From Minisyncoccota bacterium (GTDB taxonomy: Bacteria > Patescibacteriota > Minisyncoccia > Phycocordibacterales > JACOZG01): a DNA stretch of 63,841 nt. This document shows, one piece after another, positions 58,267 to 63,841 of this stretch. The translations under genes were made by a program, and so were the position numbers. Location: NCBI GenBank assembly GCA_020057185.1, contig JAGVGK010000005.1, positions 1 through 63,841 of the forward strand, in the 5' to 3' direction. How positions within the stretch are numbered: the stretch's first letter is position 1; each line of letters opens with the position of its first letter. Below the pieces are notes generated by a model. The model had not been told where the DNA came from. It saw nothing but the letters and a program-made list of their open reading frames with translations, and made no database searches.

Positions 58267-58629
58267 TTAATTATTATTAGTAATCGGGGCAATCTCAATA
58301 ATCTTGTCTTGAACCGGATCATAGAGAATCGCTTTCTGGGCTTGATTATACACTAAAACCTTATCCCCCGCTTTAGCATTAGCGAAAAAGGGTTGATCCT
58401 TCAATTTCTCCGGATCGGCGACGGTCGCCAGCGTCGGCTCTTCATCAGTTGGCAAGACGACCAACCGACCGACTTTGGCGACCACCTCCTTCAATTCGCT
58501 CGCCGCCACCGACGCCAGCTCCGCTTGGGGATTGGCTTTGATCCGACCGACTTCGGTGTAGAAATAACCCGCGGTCACCAAACTTGCCGCGGTCACAATT
58601 ATAAGAATTAAATTAACTGGTCGATTCAT
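58267..58629 (-). CDS. Conserved CPR-type membrane-anchored protein
   Basis: One TM helix, LP.DEEPTLATV, QPFF.NA..GDKVL; start moved to the ATG at 58629. Confidence 0.75.
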   Translation of the reverse strand: MNRPVNLILIIVTAASLVTAGYFYTEVGRIKANPQAELASVAASELKEVVAKVGRLVVLPTDEEPTLATVADPEKLKDQPFFANAKAGDKVLVYNQAQKAILYDPVQDKIIEIAPITNNN

Positions 58630-58659
58630 ATGCGGTGAGTATAGCAAACTATCTTATTT

Positions 58660-59214
58660 CTAATCAAACTGCCAAGTGGATAAGATTTGCGCCAGCCAAG
58701 TATCGAGCGAAGCATAAGTCGTTATTTCATAAAGAAAACTATTTTTAATGAACCAGACTTCCCGTGTCTCATTCTTCACGACATCTTGACTATAAAACAT
58801 TGTCGCGCGCTGACCGCCGATAATAATATCCGTCGGCTCTCTCATCACGCCCGACGGCACATCCTTCTTGAACTGTTGCGAAGTAATTTGACTCTCGGTG
58901 TACGGCACGATAAAAATTTGGAAACCATTCTTTCCCGTCGCATCTTCAAAGGTAATTGTCGAGGCGCTACTGCCGTCATCATATTCTCTCACTAATAAAT
59001 CTTGTGGATAGGTGAGGGAAAAACGAAACAACAGATTTTTATACAAGCGAGTGGTGTCGGACACCGGCGCGGTCGGTGGAATCATCACAATTACCGAATT
59101 GTCGACCGCCGGCGGAGAAGTTTTTCTTGCAGGGAACAAAAAATAGCCGAGTAAACCCAATATAATCACTCCGCCGATTATCCACACTTTATGTTCTTGA
59201 CACCATTTACTCAT
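58660..59214 (-). CDS. PsbP-like membrane-anchored protein
   Basis: One TM helix, YKN..FRFSLTYP, C-terminal ILSTWQF. Confidence 0.65.
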   Translation of the reverse strand: MSKWCQEHKVWIIGGVIILGLLGYFLFPARKTSPPAVDNSVIVMIPPTAPVSDTTRLYKNLLFRFSLTYPQDLLVREYDDGSSASTITFEDATGKNGFQIFIVPYTESQITSQQFKKDVPSGVMREPTDIIIGGQRATMFYSQDVVKNETREVWFIKNSFLYEITTYASLDTWLAQILSTWQFD

Positions 59215-59245
59215 ATGCTAGATTGTAATCACTTATTGCCGTTAG

Positions 59246-59280
59246 GCACCCGAGGACCCCGCAAGGGGTCCGTTTGGTGT
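59246..59280 (+). repeat. Intergenic GC-rich hairpin with GNRA loop
   Basis: GGACCCC-GCAA-GGGGTCC (59254-59271) with outer GCACC/GGTGT. Confidence 0.6.
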
Positions 59281-59365
59281 AAAAATTCAATCTCTGTTTT
59301 AAGTTTGTGCCACTTTTCGAAATCTCGTTGCATACAGGTTTATTATTAAAAACCTTAATAGTTAA

Positions 59366-60448
59366 TTACTGTAACCTCGTCCCCCCGCGGAGGCGAACTC
59401 CACCGCGGAGACGCACGGCTCGGGCATTAGCCGTGACCGAGGGGATATAAGTGATGACAATCACCCCTTGCTTGCCCACTCCTTCAAGAAGTTTTGTCGC
59501 CCCCCCAGCGCCACCACCACCGCCGCCATAACTACCGCCAGCGCCGCCGCCTTTGCCGGCGCTACCACCCCCGCCACCGCCACCAGAACCGGCGAGGGCG
59601 CCAAATTCAATTGCCGTCCATTCAATCGTCCCAGCGCCGCCGGCGGCGCCGGCAAGGGAAGTGCCACCCCCACCACCGCCACCCAAAGTTCCAGCTGACT
59701 CCGCCGCGCCACCACCTTGCCCATTGAAATTATTCCCGCCCGCGCCACCGCTAAGACCATGAAATCCAGATGTCCCACCACCGCCACCACCGCCACCACC
59801 ACCTTCGACACCGCCGGGTTCAGTCGTCGCATTTCCCCCATTGCCACCGGTACCATAAAGACCGCCCGCGCCACCACCACCGCCACTACCATTGGTATCG
59901 CTAACAGTATCTATATTTCCACCCGTCCCGCCATTAAAACAACCACTGCAACTGGCCGGTATTCCAGCCGAGACCAACCCGCCGGCGCCATTAGCCGGAT
60001 CGGATATTAAACCACCACTGCCTCCTTGAGCACAAACCGACATTGTGGAAGCGCACACAAAAGAAGAACCTGAAGTTCGGTTAAACCAGGTATCACCGCC
60101 TTTTTTACCATTACTTCCGCTAGCAACAACCACTGTGGTAGAACCAACTTGATAGGTCACTGATCCCCCAGCTGTCAACCCTGTGAGATTGAAGATAACC
60201 GCATATGCCCCGCCGCCGCCACCGCCACCACCATTAATGTCGCCACCGGTGGTACCGCTATCACCGCCACCGCCACCGGCGCCAATCGCTTCGATGGTGT
60301 TAACCGCCGACCAATCGCTGACCACCGTCCAAGTGCCGGGATCGCCGGAGGTGAGAAAAATTCGCTTAAACGCATTGGCGGGATGGGGGAAGGCGAGCAG
60401 AGCAAATAAAACGAGACAGATACTTTTCCACAGTTTGGGGGTTGACAT
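59366..60448 (-). CDS. Secreted glycine-rich protein
   Basis: Signal peptide ending in ANA, IGAGGGGG, GGGGG.Y, G..GVIVITY. Confidence 0.75.
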   Translation of the reverse strand: MSTPKLWKSICLVLFALLAFPHPANAFKRIFLTSGDPGTWTVVSDWSAVNTIEAIGAGGGGGDSGTTGGDINGGGGGGGGAYAVIFNLTGLTAGGSVTYQVGSTTVVVASGSNGKKGGDTWFNRTSGSSFVCASTMSVCAQGGSGGLISDPANGAGGLVSAGIPASCSGCFNGGTGGNIDTVSDTNGSGGGGGAGGLYGTGGNGGNATTEPGGVEGGGGGGGGGGTSGFHGLSGGAGGNNFNGQGGGAAESAGTLGGGGGGGTSLAGAAGGAGTIEWTAIEFGALAGSGGGGGGGSAGKGGGAGGSYGGGGGGAGGATKLLEGVGKQGVIVITYIPSVTANARAVRLRGGVRLRGGTRLQ

Positions 60449-60533
60449 GGTTTGGTGGTTTGCTATCATATAAATAATTCACTACGAAAAAGACCCTGAC
60501 AGAGTTCCGTCTCTGTTGGGGGCTTTTTCTTTT
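60442..60533 (+). ncRNA. Antisense promoter plus ~55-nt hairpin RNA overlapping the NYN 3' end
   Basis: TTGACA(60442-60447)-N16-TATCAT(60464-60469); hairpin 60487-60528 followed by a T run. Confidence 0.55.
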
Positions 60534-61042
60534 CGGATTTCTAAAATAAGTTTCTGGTCAGAAATATAGGAAATTGACACACCGGTTCTTTTCAAGAGGA
60601 TTGAACATTTTTCGGGTCTAGCTGGAGAAAGAAGCGTTATGATCTTTTCTTTTGACTGAAGAAATTTTACCAACCCGGCATAATCCCCATCACTTGAAAC
60701 AATAATAGTTTTTTCGTACTTGTTTTCGTAAGTATCACACGCAACTTGCAAAACTAAATCCGCATCACAATTTCCTTTCGGTTTTCCATCTTTATCGTAA
60801 ATAACTTCTTTATAAACCAAAATGAACCCTGATTCCTGTAAGTATTTGTATAGATCTTTGAAGCCAGGAATCAAACCAATAAAGATATATGCTTTGGAAA
60901 CTTTATATTTTTCTCCCAGCCAGACACGGAAACGAGCATAGTCCAATTTCCAGCCAAGGCTAGAGACACCTTTATGCAGATTAGCTCCATCGATATAAGC
61001 GTAATTATTTTTGTTTAATGATTGGTTCATTGTCGTGTCCAT
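60482..61042 (-). CDS. NYN (LabA/DUF88) domain RNase
   Basis: YIDGANL, KGNCDADL, SSDGDY. Confidence 0.92.
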   Translation of the reverse strand: MDTTMNQSLNKNNYAYIDGANLHKGVSSLGWKLDYARFRVWLGEKYKVSKAYIFIGLIPGFKDLYKYLQESGFILVYKEVIYDKDGKPKGNCDADLVLQVACDTYENKYEKTIIVSSDGDYAGLVKFLQSKEKIITLLSPARPEKCSILLKRTGVSISYISDQKLILEIRKEKAPNRDGTLSGSFS

Positions 61043-62187
61043 TATTTCGAATTCAGCAAAAAATCTAAATAATTATCTCTATCTATTACCTTAAAAGTGG
61101 TTTTTTGATAAGTTTTATTCCAATTTTTTGGTTGGTTAATCTTCCCCCCACTTCCCCACTTAAACTCAAAACCATGTAATATGCCATTCCTTTCCTCCGC
61201 CCAATCAACTTCTTCCCCTTCCCAAGTTCGCCAAAAATAATTATTAGTGAACATCTCCTTGTATTTTTGTGTTTTTAGTCTTTCCATCGCCAAAAAATTT
61301 TCCCAAAGCTGACCAGTATCATTACGCAAATCTAAACTATTAAATTGAGAAATAACGGCGTTACGAATACCGAGATCATAAAAATAATATTTTCGCTTAC
61401 TTCTTACGGTCTTTCTTAAATTCATAAAATAAGGTCGCAGACTAAAAATTACAAAGGTTTTCTCCAATAAATCTAAGTACCGATCGACCGTCTTCACATC
61501 AATTAATAATTGAGTCGCCAATTCATTTAGCGATACCTCATTGCCGACCTGAAAAGCCAACAGTTTTAGCAAATCTACTATAGTTTGGGGACTTTTTACT
61601 TGTTCGAGACTTAAAAGATCTTTAAGCAAATAAGATTGACTCAATTCTTCCAAAGTTTTCCGCTTTAACTTTTTAGTTTTTGCTGTAATCACAGTCGGGT
61701 AACCGCCAAAAATCAAAAACTCCTCAAGCTTATTCTTTAAATCAAACCGACTATATTCCTTCGCTAGCTCCAATTGAGACAAGGGGTATAAATTTAATAT
61801 CCATTTCCTACCCACCAGCGGTTCTCCCACTTGTCCAGATAAATCAAAAGAAGAGGACCCCGTGGCGATAATTTTAATTCCCGGAAATTGATCAACAATA
61901 ATTTTTAAACCGAGACCAACATTGGGAATATATTGGGCTTCGTCAATAACGATAAGTTCATAGTCACTTACATAATCTTTAATTAAATCAAAATTTCTGG
62001 AAGACAAAACCTTTTGAATATCGAGGTTCTCACCCGTATCCAGTCGATAATGCATTTTGGTTTTTTTAAGGAATTGATCAACCAAAGTAGTTTTGCCTAC
62101 CCGACGAGGTCCATAAATAACCAAGACTTTATTGGCTTCAAGATATTTTTCTAATTCTTGGTAATATCGCTTAAAAAGCATGATCAT
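61042..62187 (-). CDS. AAA+ ATPase (AAA_14 + DUF4143)
   Basis: GPRRVGKTT, IDEAQ, TGSS, GGYP, K.YFYDLG, EVD, FEFK. Confidence 0.92.
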   Translation of the reverse strand: MIMLFKRYYQELEKYLEANKVLVIYGPRRVGKTTLVDQFLKKTKMHYRLDTGENLDIQKVLSSRNFDLIKDYVSDYELIVIDEAQYIPNVGLGLKIIVDQFPGIKIIATGSSSFDLSGQVGEPLVGRKWILNLYPLSQLELAKEYSRFDLKNKLEEFLIFGGYPTVITAKTKKLKRKTLEELSQSYLLKDLLSLEQVKSPQTIVDLLKLLAFQVGNEVSLNELATQLLIDVKTVDRYLDLLEKTFVIFSLRPYFMNLRKTVRSKRKYYFYDLGIRNAVISQFNSLDLRNDTGQLWENFLAMERLKTQKYKEMFTNNYFWRTWEGEEVDWAEERNGILHGFEFKWGSGGKINQPKNWNKTYQKTTFKVIDRDNYLDFLLNSK

Positions 62188-62247
62188 ATATTATTAAATA
62201 CTAAATCCGTTGTCAAATTTTGAGGAGTTTGACTCCTCAAAATTTGA
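62188..62247 (-). promoter_or_regulatory. Promoter with overlapping 16-bp perfect inverted repeat
   Basis: TTGACA(62216-62211)-N17-TAATAT; TCAAATTTTGAGGAGT-TTG-ACTCCTCAAAATTTGA at 62213-62247. Confidence 0.6.
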
Positions 62248-62252
62248 TGATT

Positions 62253-63841
62253 TCAAGGAGTGGGTGCGGGAGCAATTTCAATGGTAGGTTCAGGCGCTGG
62301 AATCGGCTCGGGGATAGGAACCACTTCCGGTGTCGAAGTTGCCTCGGATTCAGGTTCGGGGGTTGGAATTATTTCTTCGGGAGTGGAAGTGGCTTCAGGT
62401 TCCGGTTCAGGAACAGGTTCTGGCAAGGGTTCAGGCGTAACCTCTGGCGGAGATTCTGGAGCAGGTGGTGGTGGCGACGGTACCAGTTGTCCGTTCTTCA
62501 TCTGCAATAGCGTGCGAATATCCTCTTTGGTCAAACATTGATCGTCCACGCAAATCTTCTCCTTGGCGCGGAAAGTGTTGGCAAATAAATCACCGATTCC
62601 ATTAGTGACATCCGCGAACCAACCGGTCACCCGCGTAAATAGATTGCCGAAAAATCCTTGAGCGAATAACTCTGAATCGGAGGTAGTCGTCGCGGTGGTG
62701 GAAGCCACGGCATCGAGACGCAAACTCAATTCTTGTGTGGCTTTGGTGAGCACCGCTGTTAAATGTTCATAGCGGACGGTATCGGGTTGACCCAGTGAAT
62801 CAATCGTCACTAACCGCGGATCAATTTGTTGCACTTCCTCGGCAATGAAACCAACCCGTTCGCCATTCCAATTTGGGTTAGTTACAAAACCACCAAGATA
62901 TTCCGGTGTGTAGGAATAAGAAACGGGGCGAAGCGCCATAATTTCGGCCAAGCCACCACTGGCGACAATGGCTGGAGTATTTTGAAGTTTTGAAGTTTCC
63001 AATAATCCATCAGGTAAGGTGTCGAGAGTTACTACATTTTGTTTGAACCGAATTGAAGAAGCAGCGCTACAAGTGTTGGCAGTACGAAGAGTCACTTCTT
63101 TAAGATTGGAGAGACAAAGACTATCGCCGGGTGTGCTGGTCGCCGTCAACCCGTCGAAGCCGACCGTGCCAGTAACGGAAAGAGTTCGCCATGGGGTCGT
63201 TGAACCAAAACCGGTATTGACGGCAAAATTAATTTTATCCCCGGCGGTGCCGAAAGTTAAAGTATTCGTGCCTTGTCCGTGAATAGTCGCGGATTCTTCA
63301 AAAACGAGATTAGTGGTCGTCCCCACGGCGCCGATAATAACATCCGAAAGACCATAGCCACCCCCGACGATCACTTGCTCGGCGCCATTAGTCGTATCAA
63401 TTCTAAAAAGTGTGCTACTCGCCCCGCCACCAGTGGTCGTGGCAATAGTCCAAGCGAAGGGACTGTTGGTTTTAATCGTGGTCGTGGCAATCGCTTGGGC
63501 GAAATCCAAACGCCCGCCGGTGATAGCCAACATGCCCGTCGTCGTGGCGTTGGTACTCGTCGCGTTCACCATCACTAAGTTGGTGATCGTTGAAGAAGCG
63601 CTACTAATCAGGATGCCATCACTTGTTGTCAGGGGGGTCAAATAGATACCAGCATCAGTCCAGTTGGAACTACCACCAGTTGGCCAAGTGGTACGACAAG
63701 TGTCACCAGTTAAACAAAGAGTGGTAACGGCAAAATTAGTACTCGTGGCATTCGTCGTCGTACTGTTAATCATCGTCAAGTTGGTGATGGTCGAGGTCGC
63801 GTTGTTGACGAGGACTCCCCCGCTTAATGTGGACAAACCAC
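62253..63841 (-). CDS. 3' part of a large fibre/adhesin-like protein with a peptidase S74 intramolecular chaperone domain
   Basis: Thr-rich repeats, SSIRFKQN, LRPVSY, GFIAEEV, VRYE.L, Pro/Glu tail; frame runs to the window edge. Confidence 0.8.
   Translation of the reverse strand, partial: GLSTLSGGVLVNNATSTITNLTMINSTTTNATSTNFAVTTLCLTGDTCRTTWPTGGSSNWTDAGIYLTPLTTSDGILISSASSTITNLVMVNATSTNATTTGMLAITGGRLDFAQAIATTTIKTNSPFAWTIATTTGGGASSTLFRIDTTNGAEQVIVGGGYGLSDVIIGAVGTTTNLVFEESATIHGQGTNTLTFGTAGDKINFAVNTGFGSTTPWRTLSVTGTVGFDGLTATSTPGDSLCLSNLKEVTLRTANTCSAASSIRFKQNVVTLDTLPDGLLETSKLQNTPAIVASGGLAEIMALRPVSYSYTPEYLGGFVTNPNWNGERVGFIAEEVQQIDPRLVTIDSLGQPDTVRYEHLTAVLTKATQELSLRLDAVASTTATTTSDSELFAQGFFGNLFTRVTGWFADVTNGIGDLFANTFRAKEKICVDDQCLTKEDIRTLLQMKNGQLVPSPPPPAPESPPEVTPEPLPEPVPEPEPEATSTPEEIIPTPEPESEATSTPEVVPIPEPIPAPEPTIEIAPAPTP

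Noticed and set aside
241..63645. Numerous short ORF-track entries antisense to or nested in long genes
   Set aside because: They overlap well-supported genes and have no motifs; treated as shadow ORFs
59366..63841. Prophage tail region
   Set aside because: No capsid, terminase, integrase or other phage genes in the window
1..63841. Alternative genetic code (TGA = Gly, as in Gracilibacteria)
   Set aside because: Genes are full length under code 11 and many end in TGA overlapping the next ATG

Overview
This window looks like a Patescibacteria/CPR (Parcubacteria-like) chromosome segment, coded almost entirely on the minus strand; the lineage is inferred from gene content and style. The left flank (1-9.2 kb) holds secA, an unannotated 20-aa Lys-rich peptide gene with its own promoter and terminator, an ABC1/UbiB kinase bracketed by two paralogous small membrane proteins, a VapBC-like pair, a NYN RNase gene and an O-antigen-ligase/TPR protein. 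The centre (~9.2-47 kb) is a large, mostly AT-rich surface-glycan cluster: many GT4s, methyltransferases, a heptose module (transaldolase, gmhA, hddA, gmhB, nucleotidyltransferase), a B12 radical SAM enzyme, a TPP E1 alpha/beta pair, a flippase and an embedded AbiE pair. The right flank holds a VirD4/TraD-like ATPase, a DUF4015 hydrolase, murC-pgeF-murD, a cohesin/dockerin trio, a second NYN gene coupled to a DUF4143 AAA ATPase, and the 3' part of a large S74-chaperone fibre protein. The best candidate for an undescribed system is that both NYN RNase genes are faced at their 3' end by a near-consensus antisense promoter. Each is predicted to make a ~45-60 nt hairpin RNA, suggesting an RNase/small-RNA (type III toxin-antitoxin-like) module. 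Short palindromes and 7-bp tandem arrays inserted in frame in genes are also notable. All functional calls come from motif recognition; no database searches were run.
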